From positions 62,001 through 126,000 of the forward strand of contig CT868011.1 in NCBI GenBank assembly GCA_000165425.1: a DNA stretch of 64,000 nucleotides, read 5' to 3'. Shown here piece by piece: positions 14,769 to 32,658 of the stretch. The position numbers and the translations under genes were made by a program. A model generated the notes under the pieces. It was not told where the DNA came from and ran no database searches. It was given only the letters and a program-made list of their open reading frames with translations. How positions within the stretch are numbered: position 1 is the stretch's first letter; each line of letters begins with the position of its first letter. Source of the DNA: Paramecium tetraurelia. Taxonomy: Eukaryota.

Positions 14769-15566
14769 ATGAAAAGGAAAGCCACAATGAAAAGAAATGC
14801 CATCTTTAATCAAAATATCCGAACCATTACAGTGAAAAATCAAGAGGAGTATATGAATAAGTTAAAGATGCAAGCAATCCGTTTGCAGATTGAGAAGATT
14901 GTGCATCTCGACCCTTTATTAAAATCTCTTCTTAACTCTAAACCGAATCGCAAACATTATGCTCGTCCATTGTATAAGGCTTAAAGCAATCGATCTTTCA
15001 TAGAATCAAATAAGCAAGATGCAGAAACTCAACAAAGAGCTAAAAGTTCTGAGGGTTCTCAATTTGGGGACATGGGCATCAAATATAAGCGTCTTATATC
15101 AAGGGGGACATTTAAAATATAGATGCATGTAAATAAAATAAGAAGGAGATTTAGAAGATGTGTGACAGCTGTTTGTCTGTTGCTGACATATTTTAGATAT
15201 TATCCAATTTTAAGGAAGTGTAAACGATTTTCAAGACCTCGCATTTCAATATTGCGCTCCAAACCTATTTTGGAAAAGCTGCCGATTTTACCGTAGATGG
15301 ATAAAACAAACACCATAGATGACAGTGTGGCATCCAAGGAGCAGGTAAACTATTTTAAAAAGAAAAACTCTTCACAAGGGAACTATGATATCTTTATCAA
15401 AAGACCAATTCAATAGTTTATAATGAGATCTAATACTTAAACATATTCCTAGAAACGCATATGCAAAACTGAGCATTCATAAGTCAAAAGCATGGGCAAT
15501 ATAAATAAAAAATAATTACACGATAAATTGCTTATAAAGTCATCCTCAATCAAATACTTTCTATGA
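14769..15566 (+). CDS. Hypothetical basic protein (265 aa)
   Basis: Intronless ORF from ATG 14769 to TGA 15564-15566 under the ciliate code. Confidence 0.75.
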
Positions 15567-16911
15567 GTTGACACATTTAATCTTTGTTTTATGTTAAATT
15601 TAATAAACTGAAATTATATACTTATTTTTTAACTTCTTTACTAGATCACTGATCATTTAGTATATGATATACAAACACCGAGTCAATGTCATCAATCCTT
15701 CTTAAGATAACATAGTTCTCAATGAATATCTTCTAGTTTTAATGTAAATAAATAGAATCAGGATGTATAATTTAATTGATTGATATTAAAAGTTTTGATG
15801 AAACTTGCTATGAGATTTCAAAAAAATATTCAATTAATGTTAAGCTATGCGACCAATAAATTATTTGATAAAAAATATAAAAGGAATCTGAGAGCTGTTT
15901 GTAAAGTTAGATTATATTTCAAAAACAATATTCATTCATCCCAATCGCCAGACATTCCTTTTCTTAATTTCAAAATTAAACAACTATCATTTGGAATTGC
16001 TTAATCTTGTAGATTGGCTTTATCATCTAATAACTAATTTAAGATGTATCGACTCTCTTACTCTATCTCCAAAATATATTCTCATATCCTAGATCTCTTA
16101 TTTGTAGTAAGGTAGCAATTTTCTTTTCAGAATCTCTACAGGATCAAGCAATGAGCACTCGAAAAAGAATACTCTATTTTCCCTTTTAATTCTCAAATAT
16201 ATTTTTAATGGTTCCATGCGAATATTAAATTAATTACGAAAATTGTAATAGTACTTAAATGGAAACCCTTTTTAGAAATTCTCAGATATATTGCTACTAA
16301 CATTTTATAGATAAACTGCTTATCTTGAAAGAAAAGAAATCAATCTATGAATTGTAAAAAGAAATTCTTTGCATAGAATCATATGTTAAATTAGGAAATC
16401 AACTTTAAGAGAGTTGAGATTATTAAATGAAATGAATTTGTGGAAATCTGATTAAATTTGTTGCAATTATTATAAGACATTTTCTAACATCTTCATTTAT
16501 TAAGATCTATTAGTGACGAAAATAAATTACAAAAAATCTAACATTTTTCTTTGTAATTCCGCAATTATTGTTTGGCTAATAATTGTAGGTTGATTTTACT
16601 CATCGCTATATATCACATCAAAAAGATGCTAATTTGAATATTAACTTTTAAAAGAAGCACTAGCTGGATATGAGTATAAAATTAATTTTGGAGGATATAT
16701 TATTCGATAGAATATTTTTCAATATCAATCTTAATTGTAATAATAGGAGTATTATTGAAATTCTGTTTGAGTAGGGAAAATAGTTTATAATTTAGGAGAT
16801 ACTCAAATAAATAAATGAATTGATATTTATCATTATTAACAGTATAATCTATAAATCAAATGAATAACAAATTTATTTTAAATGACTATTAATTATTATA
16901 ACTAACAATTT

Positions 16912-19796
16912 TCAATGGTCCTTGAACATGGGTGATGAAAACAAAGTCTTTTAATATTATTCTTTTCTTTCATCTCCCTAATATACATATCTCATTTTAG
17001 TTTCTTGTATTTCTTTTTCGTCATCATAGTCACTGAGATGCTGTTAATCATCACACATATTTATTTGATGCACTGAATCTTTGATGTCCTATGAATCTTT
17101 TAGGTTCTTAAGGTCCTCTCTAATAAGTATAAATGAAAATTCAAACCTAATTTGATGAAAACTTTATGAATCTTCTCTTTTCATATCAGGAGTTTCGGTT
17201 GCAACTTTTTAATGGCCCTGTAGCATCTATTGATAATACCTAAAATTGATTAATTGATATAAATATAATAGAGATACTATTGAGTAGTAGATTGGCTATT
17301 AGAGATTCTATTAAGAAAAGATTTGAACTTCTCACTTCTTGCAGGAGAAATTGCAGTCACTTCTTTCTTGTTCTATTGGATGTTGGGTTCTTAAGTATCG
17401 TCATTTTCGAAAAGTGTTCTGAAAGTGCTCTTCTATTTTTGAAAGGCTTCTTTGGGCACGGTCTCATTTTTGTTATTAGCAAGACTAACGAATTCTTATT
17501 CTTGATTAGGATTGATTCGCTAAACGGATTCTTTGGTTTATCCTGAAGCTGGACTATGAGGAGCAGACTTTTATGATTCATGAGACATATTGAGTGATTC
17601 TTCTTGAATGTCAGCATGAGATCCCTTGTAAGATTAAAGAATCATGATGGCTTATTGTTTGGAAGAGTTGTCATCTTCTGAACAGATGACTTGCTTATTC
17701 TTCTCCATTTCCAAAGCGTTCATAAATATTTCTTTATTTTCAAATGAAACATAAAGATTGTTGTTGTGAGATGAAAGTGAAGGGTTCACCTTTTGGATTT
17801 CCTTAACATTTTGATTGGTCTCAACTTTATCATTAAAATATTAGCAGAAGTTTTGTTATTTGGCATCTGAATTTTTCTTTTGATTACTGAAATCAGTTTT
17901 GACTCTTTAACTAATTGACTCCTCACTCTTTTTAGGGGGAGTGGGTTAGGTTCTGATGGGTTGAGTGATGTTTATTTATTAGATGTTTGAAATCAGAGGT
18001 ATTGCAGATTCAACCACCTCAAAACTACACATACTTAAATACAATACTTCTATGCAATCAAAGACATTGTGGCCTAGACATCCATAGTACCCATTGAATA
18101 GAGTTGAATATATTGGTTCTGAATCTCCTACTAGAATTCACCAATCTTAGAGAATCTAGAATGATGTTGATTCATAACTTCTCTAAACACTGACATGTCC
18201 ATGTTCTCCAGAACTCGTTTCCAATTGCTCTCAATCTCTGTTTGTATCTTCTTAGTGTCGAGTTAGTTGGCAGTCATCTATTAGAATAGTTTCGCAATGA
18301 AGGATAGGGTTTGTTGCTTTGAATTTGACAATTGATTCATGCTTCTTTGATAGATCTCTTCCAAGAAGATTGACAATTGTTATTTGGCTTCCATACACAG
18401 TTTCATTTATTTGTCATAATAATTTTGGAGCTTATTGCCTTGGCTAGATAATTGACTCAGGAGGTCTTGTCTATTGTTCTATATTTAATACAGTAAGGCC
18501 AGAAAGACCTTCATTTCTCTTTCTTTGAATTGGATATCTACTGAAGAAGACTGTCTGTGCATTGAATCTAGAGAGCTCTATTGAAAGGAGAGGGTTTGAG
18601 AATCCACTGTAGATTGTTTGAGTTATGCGATTTCAGTAAAGAACATTCCCTTGCCTGCCAATTTGACTGCACATTTGGAACAAAAGAAGAGATAATCGTT
18701 ACCCTCTTCAGTCACATACTTAGCTTTCTTCTCTTTATGATAGATGCAATATCTCTGCGTTTATTAGGGAGTCTTTGCAAAGGGAGATTATGTTTTGACT
18801 CCAAATTGTAAATGCATTCCAACGCTATCTCCAATCTATCATTTATTAAATAGATAGTACACTTGATGCTTGCTCAGAACTACTAAAAGCACTTGGCGAT
18901 CCTAAATTAAGGATATGGGATTGATTTTCTTTATCAAATTACATTATTTTCATACATTACAATTATTCTTCAACCACAGATTTACTTTTGCTATGCTCAG
19001 TATTTTATGAAGTAGTGGTAAACTTTTTAGGAGTTGGTGTTATCGTTGCAGTCTCCGATTTCTTCGGATCTTGTAATGATTGTTGATGATGGTTTCTAGA
19101 TCCATATGATAGCGAATTGGTTGAACTGTGTCCTTTCAGTTTTTGCTATTGTATCTGTTGTTGGATGGATAAGTAAGGACCGAGATGGTTATTTTTTTAT
19201 TTTTAATTGCTTCCATTAGCCTTAGGAGACGATACATCTGTTTCTAGGTATATTATTTAATGCATACTAAAATGATTTGAAAGCAATTATGCTACACTCT
19301 CCTTGATATCCAATGGAGAATGAGATTTTAATGGATATTTCGCAGTGATTGGAGTTAAAATAATTTGCTAGTCTTGGGATTGCTGTCTTTTAGATAATAG
19401 ATTAATCATGTCTGAATCTTGCTTAGTAGTTTTAAGTAATTATCTTATTGCATCAGAGTTTGGAGAGTAATCTCTTTTTTTATTTGGATGATTCATGGCT
19501 GATAATTTCTCTTAAATAGACTCAATATGGGAATTGCTTTTATTTTAGAGTGACATATTAGATTTATGATTGGATTATTGAGGTTTCTATGATGGTTTTG
19601 TACAATAATTTTATTATTATGGAGGTGATTATCTGTTATCAGTTCCTTCATTGTGTTTTCGCTCAAAACAATTAACATGCAATTAGACAGGAATGAGTTA
19701 CTGAAGCTTAGTTTTATCGGGCAACTTGGAAAGTTAGGAAGCTATGAATTATTAAGTTTGAGATGTCTTAGTTTGATGTGATATTTACGAATTCAT
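16912..19796 (-). CDS. Hypothetical protein: low-complexity N-terminus, helical central domain, acidic C-terminus
   Basis: Long TGA-free frames joined by tiny introns, ending LFSSPMFKDH*. The junction at ~17240-17279 is ambiguous. Confidence 0.65.
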
Positions 19797-19858
19797 TTGT
19801 TTTAATATATTTTAACAACGACAATTCAAATTCAAATTTAATATAAATAGTTAGGGGT

Positions 19859-20936
19859 TCATTTACATTCATCATTAAATTAAAATTAATTAACTTCTAC
19901 ATGCTTCTTATTCGAAGACAACTTGCCACTGCCTATCTCATTTGTTTCTTCGGGAATACAATTAGGATCATCTTATGGAGTTTTATGCTACCCGAATTGT
20001 TTGATCGTTGGAGTAGACTGGGTTTTATTGATGTTATGCAATGAGAATTAAGACCGCAGCTTCCTCATCTCCTTTCTCTTTTGAATACTGGATTCTTGCG
20101 CATTCATTCCTGCTTCGATTTGCTATTGAATAGTTATTTCATTTTTGATTACCTATGATATTCGCCTCTCCTACTTTTTGAATTGGATTGCTATTTCTTT
20201 TGCCCTGCCTTCAGTTTGAATTATGATTTATTCTTCGATAACCTAATTTTGAATCTCCTTAATTTTCTCCTCCTTCTCTTATTCTATCATATTTTTTTAA
20301 TGAGTGTTCTCCTCCTCCTCTTCCTCGTCACTGTGACTGCTCTCTGTATTTTTTATTATCTTACAAAAGCTTTAGCTATTTTGATTCTTGTTGATTGTGG
20401 AGCCACATTAAAAAAATTTATCAACCACGGGTTCTTGAAAGCTAAAAGAAAGTATATTGTTATCTGGCTTTTTAGAAGTCTGGGGTTTGTTCATAAATGA
20501 ATATTAAGCCTATACTACATTTATTGTGGGGACTTCAATTTTTTTCTTTTCTGGAGGAGTACTTTGTTTGGGTTATTCTGAAGGCTGCAAAATTGATGGG
20601 TTCGTAAATATATTTTTCAACTTTATTTCGAAGTATTAATGTGCTCGATCCTCGCATTCCTTATAATACTCGACTCCTTACTATTGTATTTAAGAGTAGA
20701 TTATTACCATGTACAATTAAATCAGATTTTTCAGGGCTTCATTGTTGGTGTAATTGCTGAGCACTAAAACGATGTCGTTGCTTAAGATCTAAGAGGCGAA
20801 GTCGGCTGGCAACGCTTTACTTTGCTCATGAAATTATCATGAAATAATACTTGGCACTTTGAATTCACTTTGACTTGTGTTTCGAAACTACCATAGAAAC
20901 AGCAAATGATACCATCTTGTTAAGAAGTTATGACAT
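19859..20936 (-). CDS. Hypothetical coiled-coil protein
   Basis: LPADFASQILSNDIVL...LKNLIQLYMQGVEYYKECEDRAHQYFEIKLKNIF followed by charged heptads; first exons uncertain. Confidence 0.6.
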
Positions 20937-21016
20937 ATGTTTTGCTTTTTTATATTTTTTAATAATTTATATAATATATAATTTATTTTCCATAAATTAT
21001 GATTTTTTTAAACATT

Positions 21017-21672
21017 TCATTACACATCAAGTTTGTTTTTATTTTCAAACATTTTTTCATAGACTTATTCGTCGTTACACAACTTTCTTCTCAGGATGTT
21101 CTACATATATATGAAATTATATTACTGTTTCAATAAATGGATTAAATTTAGAGAAATGAGATCTACATTAACAAGCATTTCTGGTCTGAATCTCCTCCGC
21201 CATCATTTTAAAAACACGATTTAACTTCTTATGAACAGTTGTCTTGAAGAGATCGCTGTGAAGCCTCACAAATTACAAGAATTTATAGTGTTCCTCGTTA
21301 GTCCAGTGACCTAAATTTCAGATGAATAAACATACCTCTTTATTTTTTCACCTTTTTCTTTAAATCCAGATCCTCGAGCAAATCTGTCTTCTCAATATTA
21401 TTCTAAGTCTTCACTCTATCCAAGCTTTAAAAATTATTCGTATCGTTATTGGAAGGGATTTGAAAATGATTTGATTAATTCTTGTTTAAATCTAATTATG
21501 ACTCGTTTTAGCATCCCACTTGACACTAGTTATTCTAGACTTACTAATTATTCATCTAGTACCATTATGGGACTAAGTAATTTTAGTAATATTGCCAATA
21601 GTCTATTAAGTTAATGAGTAGATGCTTACTGTTTTATGGGGGGATGGAATAGTAAGAGTAATACGGGTTCAT
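21017..21672 (-). CDS. Single-repeat Myb-like DNA-binding protein
   Basis: GHWTNEEHYKFLQFV...VFKMMAEEIQTRNACQCRSHFSKFNP (SHAQKY-type Myb repeat); GT..AG introns at 21311-21335 and ~21101-21125. Confidence 0.85.
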
Positions 21673-21832
21673 TTAGAAAGTTTAAAGATAAATGATTTTT
21701 TTAAATAACTTAATAATCTTAAATGCGTAAATTAGAGTTGGATTTATATACAATATTATCGGACAAATCTCTTTAATTCGTCAAAAAATATTAATTTTTA
21801 ATATATATAATATAATATTTAAGAAAATAAAC

Positions 21833-23513
21833 TCAAGGAATTCTGGCTGACTAGTTATTATTATTCGTCCTAACTGAGGAGGTATTTTTGACTTCGTATA
21901 CTGTCTACGTGACTATTGGTTGCGCTTATTGCCTTTTCTTCAACGATTACAACTCTGTTTCTGCCAAAACCAACTTCTCCTGGACTTCGAAATATTTCTT
22001 ATTTTAGTCTTCAAACTTCTTTTTCCATTGATTTGCCTCCTATTTTGAAATATTGAAAAATGTGTACATTAACATAGTGAGTTACGTAAGTCTCCGTTTT
22101 TGATTGGGATGACTATTAATTTTATAACATATTTTCCATTTCCTCATTTTTTTCGTTTAACTCTTTTATTTACTAGTCTTTTTCTAGGAAAGTTCTCTGG
22201 ACTTTTCTTAATTCCAACTCCAATTTGGCGATCTGATCCTTGTATGATTAGGCTTTATTGTCTTGATTCAATTATACTTATAGTTGTAATTGATTGTGTT
22301 CTTAATATAAATTTTCGTAGTCTTGGTTACTTTACTTTATTTTGAGTTGCAATTATTCAATTTGTTATTATTGCAAGTTTATTTTATTCTGAAATTCTGT
22401 TGGATTGATGATCTTGGTTTTGAGTAATCCATTTTCTCTATTGAGGTTATCAATCACTTATCTCAATCTACTCATCTCAGTATTCAATTGAGTTAATCGA
22501 CTGTCTTTCTCTAATGACTCAGTTTCAATATCTTAGAATCTTCCCTTCCATCTCTCCATCTCATTATTCTTCTATTCATTCAACACATTAACTCTTTCGA
22601 CCTCGGTAGTCATCAAAGCTAATTTGCTCTACAATTCTCTAATCTGCTATTCCTTAGTTTTTTGTATCACACTACTTTCTTCATTGAATCCAAAAATCTT
22701 AAATTCAAGATCCTTGTATTTCTTTTGCCATTCCAGCACTAAATCCTTTTGCATTTTAATTTCATGATTCAAAATGATATTGGTCTCCTGTATATCTAAA
22801 TTATAAGAAAATTAATTACCTCTCTTAGTATTGGCTAATTCCTATTCTACTCCATATTAAAATCTGACTTCAGCTTCGAAATCAGCGTATCTCTTCTTCC
22901 AAATGTCAATTTCTTATTACAATTCAAAAGCAATTTTCATATATTTTTGTATCTCCTCTCTCAGTTGATTTATTCTTGTTACATCTTCTCCAATTGATAT
23001 TTTTTCAGTTGCTTGAACACTTCTAAGCTTAATATTCTCCATCTGTAAACTATTCAATTGATTTTCCAATTTTTGAATCTATTCTTAATATGACCGATCT
23101 AATTCTTCCCTCCTAATCACTTAGACGGGATGTTCGCTAATATGTATCTCTTCTATTGTAGGTTTGACAGGCAATTAAATGGGTTGCACTGAAGTGATTT
23201 GCGGTCTTATATAGGGCGATTGATTAATGTATGAAGGTATTGGCTTTTAAGGCGAAATCAATTATGGTTGCAGGATCTGAGGTCTTATTGGAGAAACAAA
23301 TGAATTCACATTATTAGGCGATGCCGTAAATGCCATAGTTTATTGATCAGGGGATGCGTATGGTTTTGATGGTGATTCATAAGTCTTCATTCCAGTCATT
23401 GGAGTTAGATGATGCAAACGGGAATCAGCCGTTGTTGGTATTTAATATTATTGTTTCTAATCAGAGTTCCTATAAAGAGTGGGTCTTTGTTCAGTTGTTA
23501 AATTATCGTACAT
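21833..23513 (-). CDS. Coiled-coil protein with Pro/Ser-rich head, probably cytoskeletal
   Basis: SP/QP-rich N-terminus, then heptads with repeated WKKRY / WQKKY / WKGRF motifs; ends SARIP*. Confidence 0.7.
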
Positions 23514-23642
23514 TGGTATTTTATTTTTGCAAATAAATTTTTATTTCCAAAAAATAAAAAGAAATCATATTTATAATGAAAAAATGGGGCAACCTGAAAA
23601 TTGTAAAAAATATTATATAATAAGTACGCCAGAAAACTACAA

Positions 23643-25697
23643 ATGAAGCAGAATCTCGTAAAACATCGAACCTCAAATCTAGAACTCCGTTGGATGATGC
23701 CTGTAATCCCAATAATCTTAGACATCAAATCAAAGAGTATTTTCCAAATAAATAATACTCTCTTCACATTCCGCGTACTTAAAATACATCAACCCAAATT
23801 ACCTAACCCAACGATAAATCTCCTCCGAATTCCAAACTTATCAGTGTAGTTGATGCCTGTACAAATTTTGATCTAATTTAGTATCTCTACTTTAAAAAGA
23901 CGAAATTTACCCTATAAGTAGACCAAATAATCGTACTTTGCCTACTAAATAAATAAATAATATCTAAACATAGGATTAAGTTTTTCGTGATTGTCCTCGT
24001 AATTAATTTCTATTAATTCAAAAGGTTTATACACGCAACTCTAAAAACCCTAGCCTATCATTTAAATGTACACATAACATAACTCCCCAAAGAAAAGTTT
24101 AAAAACCAGTCCAGATACTAAATACCCTATCAATTCGGAGACTTTCAAAAATCGTCTATCACGCAAAATGCCTGGACAACTTTTTGAAAGACTTGAGTAA
24201 ATTCATTAAATTACCTCCGATTCTGTTAGATATAGAATTTCAAACCTAAAGTAGAACACGAGAGGGAATACTTAATAGATACATTATAAGTTCAATAATT
24301 TAACAATTACAAATTAAGATAATTTTAAAGAAGATATTGAGTCTAAATCTATTAACAGAGCTAAACCAAAATTACCTTAGACGTCTTTGGTTGTCCTAGA
24401 ATATTATAAATCTCAATTGACAGATTTCGAACAGAATGAAATAAAAGATATTGATACTATTTATTATCTGAGACCTGAAACAATAACACTACGCTAAGTA
24501 ACTTAATAATATAATAATGGTTTTGATACAAAAGAGTATCATTATAATTTAATATCTTAGTGGTGATTATATATTTAGATAATATGATCATATAATGTAT
24601 CGATATGAGATGCTCGAAAAATTGGGACACGGCAGCTTTGGATAAGTTTTTAAAGTAATCGATCACAAACAAAATTAAAATGCCGCTATCAAAATCATCA
24701 AAAATGATAAAAAATTGCAAGATTAGGCAATTATAGAAATTGACATCTTGAAAGTAGTAAATTAAGCCGATAGTAGTTGTTGTTTGGTAAAAATGCTTAA
24801 TCATTTTATCTTTCGAAATCATGTAGTATGATAATCATCATTATTAGAGTGTATCGTTTTTGAACTATTGAGCTGTACTCTTTATGAATTTATAGCATGC
24901 AACGATTTCTAAGGATTAGAACTTGATTTGATCAGAAGATTTGCTGTTCAAATATTATAAGCACTTATGTATTTATCCGAATGTAATATTATTCATTGTG
25001 ATCTCAAACCTGAAAACATTCTATTAAAGGACTTATTAAAATCTGGAATCAAAATAATCGACTTTGGATCTAGTTGTTTTATTAACTCTAAATTATACAC
25101 TTACGTTTAAGTAAACTCTCAAATGATATGATTTATGTAGAGTAGATTTTATAGAGCTCCTGAAATTATACTTGGTATACCCTATACAACTGCAATTGAC
25201 ATGTGGAGTTTTGGTTGTATTGTTGCTGAGCTGTTTCTTGGCAATTCATTATTTCAATCAAAAAATGAAAAACAATTATTGTTTCTACAAGTAGCAATTC
25301 TTGGAAAACCTACGAGCCAATTTCTAGATTATTGTCCTAAAATACATAAATTTTTCAATGCCAATTATGACCTTCTGGCTCAATTCAAAGAATCAGACTT
25401 AATAATTTCACCCAAACCTTTGAAAGAGCTTCTATAAGCTTGTCCACTTACCTTTTATGACGTAACTCCATTGTTTATTTAGATTAGTTCATTAGTAAAT
25501 GCTTGTCATGGGATCCTAAATTAAGAATGAAACCATTTGAAGCATTAATTCATCCTTGGATTATCGAAGGCTTACCGAAAGAAATTAAGTAATAATATAT
25601 TTAAGTATATCCTAGACAATAACATATCTAAAAAATGAAATTGTACTCAAAATAAAAGAATCTAGATTTCTAGGGCCAGACCAAGAAAATCAAATGA
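23643..25697 (+). CDS. DYRK-family dual-specificity protein kinase
   Basis: [40 protein letters not shown] (YxY activation loop), DMWSFGCI. Confidence 0.93.
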
Positions 25698-26549
25698 TCA
25701 ATATTTCAAATACTTCTTTATACAATATTTGAGAACATTAAATATGTCTTTTGTAATTTCTCTATTTAAGAATAAATAATAAAATAACATAGTAATTTTT
25801 TAAAATGTATTCCCTAAAGTTAATCTGAAGTAAAAAAATGTAAATAATATCCCATTCTACTATAGAAGTAGGCATTTATAGATTCGAGCAGTAATGAGTC
25901 AAAACTGATAAAGGCTGTCTCAACCCATAAAAGCTAGTTGCTAATGGATGGCACAAAACATAAATGAGGTTTGTATAATTCTATTAAATTAGGAATTATC
26001 GTTTATGATCACAATTATTTTTTGACCACTTTGCTATTATGGAATTATTTTATGAGGGGCTGCAAAAATTTCTATTGAATTTTAAAGAAGATTATTTTAT
26101 CTCTAGCTAAAAATGGAAATCAAATTCATCAAAGAATTTCTTTTAAAATAATTGGCAAAATTCTAATGATTTCGAAGCCATAATTCTACAAGACGAAATA
26201 CTTTAATCCTTTAATATTATAAATTCATTAATTTTAATTTACGTTTAATTATTAAATTATATTTATATATTTATAAAATTCAAAATATTTATAAATAACT
26301 AAATTAATTATGCGCAGCCATTAAGAGAATAATACTTGCAAATATACTACATACCCAATTATATTATAAAATTCTATCATCACTCTAAAATTAAATGAAT
26401 GGGCTATCAAAATAGCTTTTACAACAATCTAAAATTAAATTTTATCTTCAATTGAGTCTTTAGAAGTTAAGAATGCAAACCAAAAATAATAAATATATTG
26501 CTTCATTAATTGATCGATAAAATAAAATGTGATATTAATTGAATCAAAA

Positions 26550-27851
26550 TCAAACGTTACTAAAATCAATCAATTGTTCTGGATGCAATATTCCCTTTAA
26601 AACAACAAGTGATTTATTTTCTGAGCACAAATTTCCTGGCCAATATTATGCTGCAGATTTTTATTAATCGAATATTCCAAGCTGTTTGTACAGTGCTGCT
26701 ACCAATTCAGAACAGAAAAAGGTTCTTTCTTCCTATAAAAATATAAACCTCAATATACCTTATTAGTCTATTTGTTAATATCTTAAACTGTAGATTTCTA
26801 TTTAAGCAATTTCATAGGAGTGAGTGAGTACTTTTTACCCATATTTTCATTCACAAATTCTTACACTGTTTTTAAAAAATTGTGATCTCTATCAATTTCT
26901 AATTTTCTTATCATAATCTTTTCATACAACTCAAACCATCTTTCATCAATCATATCCTCTATAAAAATTAATATTCTAAATACTCCAAGAACACAATCCA
27001 ACTCCGTAACAACCAGTAGCTTCTAGTATGTACAATGAACCTGATGGAAATCGTAACAAGAGTGCTGCATGATCATAATCAGACCCAGTTAATCCTCTCT
27101 AAATAAGGCAATTAGCTCCATTTCCTCTAAATAGAAGAATGTCACCAGTATCTCCTGTTTTCAAAAATTATTCACATGATATCCTATCAGTCTAAATATA
27201 ACAATATGCAATACCCTCCAAAATCTAGGATATTTAATTAAATTATTGAGTATCTTTTTTGCTCCTTCAGATGTGTCCTTGTTTTCCCTTATAACATGAA
27301 ACCATTTCATTGTTTCTTGAGAAGTTCCAGCTTTAAAAATAAAGTTCTTTGTGGATCCAGTTGGAATTAATCTACATTTAGCGTAAAAGATGATACACAA
27401 ATTCAATAATATTGCCATTTTGGTCTTTGGTTTCTTGCAAGGAATATGACATGATATTGAAATCAAGAACTCCAAATGGTGAGTTTCTATTTTCTGGCAG
27501 ATAATAAACCAAGCGATTATTATGGCAGACTGTCCATCTCTATTACCACCCTTATAAGAAATGTGGACTCTTTTTAAGAAGCATTCCTTCTAATTTAGGA
27601 GTTTTGTATGGTTCCACTTTTTTAGTCACAACTGAGATGTCTTGTTCTGCAACTACTATTGCATTTTCATCTATGTCAGGAATTTCATTATGGCCCATAA
27701 AATATGTGGACTTGAGTCCATTATGCTAGACAATGGTTTGGTGTAATTGGTTCTGAGTTTGTCCCTTGTTTTGGGCTCGATTCTTTTTATCCATTTGAGA
27801 GATAGCAAGAGCTGCTCTAAATTTTGCCTGGAAGTTGTTGTTTTATTACAT
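26550..27851 (-). CDS. PH domain + permuted papain-like (NlpC/P60, YiiX/YaeF-type) protein
   Basis: PH: LEGMLLKKSPHFLQGWQQRW...FIFKAGTSQETMKWFHVI. Catalytic domain: TGDILLFRG...DYDHAALL...ILEA...GKKY...FFCSELVAALY, with His before Cys. Confidence 0.85.
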
Positions 27852-27869
27852 TTAAAATATTAAAAATAA

Positions 27870-31441
<3,572 letters not shown>

Positions 31442-31554
31442 ACATACACAATTTATAACTAAGTTATTTTTTATTTCAATCAATATATTTTTATCATTAT
31501 TATTAGATTTAGAAATCATAATAGAATTAGATAATAATTTATTGTTATTTGAAA

Positions 31555-32412
31555 ATGGGTTGTTGTTTAAATTCAGAGAGAAAGAATAAGAATGAAATAA
31601 ACTTGTATTAAACTAATAAAGAATGTAACTAAATGATAAACGAACTTTATAATTAAACATGGAGAAAAAGGGATGTGCGAGAAGAGTATAAACTATTTGT
31701 AAGAGATGTTCAGCTTAAAACAGAACTAAAAAAGAATTATAATTTATCCTTCTAAATGGCTGCTGATCTTGCAAAAATATGCAATTGTTTCAGAGAAGTT
31801 AGAGGGGATGGAAATTGCTTTTATACTGCTTTTGGATTTTAATATTTGAGCATGATTTTGATGAAAGATCAACCAAATTAATTTGAAGAATTTACTAAGA
31901 AATATGCTAATATAAAGATGAAAATATTTTCAAATAATTTTAATACCGAAGACGAAAAGATCTAGGCTAACCTAAGAACAGAATTTTTCAAAATTTTAAG
32001 TCAATTAAGAATGATAAAAGATAGGCAAAAAAGGAAAGAAGCATTTATCAAGTAATTCTAGTGTTATGAGGATTAAAAAGACATAGATTGTTGCTTATAC
32101 GGATTATCAACTATTTTTTTTAGGAACCTTGCTGACCAAGTTGTTGATGAAAATAATTTGGCTGAGCTACTTTATGATAGAGAGAATTTGCTAATTTGGG
32201 AAACAGAGTGTAACAATAATGAAGTGGTAATATCGGCCCTGGCTAAGAGCTTAAAAATGTATTTATATTCATAAAATTTAAGAAAAATATTATTAGTATT
32301 TTTTTAAAATAATGGATTTGAATTGAAAAAGTACGAGGAGTAATATGTAGACTAAGTCATATTGTTGATTAAACCAGGTCATTACAATATTGGATTATAT
32401 TAAGAAAACTGA
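31555..32412 (+). CDS. Otubain-like OTU deubiquitinase (peptidase C65) with MGCC N-terminus
   Basis: FREVRGDGNCFYTAFGFQY Cys box and LLIKPGHYNIG His box. Confidence 0.88.
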
Positions 32413-32658
32413 TTTACAATCTATATCATAAGGAATAATATATCATCATTAAATGGGCTTTTAATTAGCTTTATTATTTGTTTTCCATTTAGAACCGAAT
32501 GGGATTTTTAATAATATATGATATATTATTTTTTTTACCAAAATAAAGGTGCATAATTGCGGTTTAGTGTTACCTTTTACAATTTAGGTTTATGCAATTA
32601 TTCAAAATATTAATATTTTTATTAATTTGTAATTACTTTTCATAAATTATTAGTGTTA

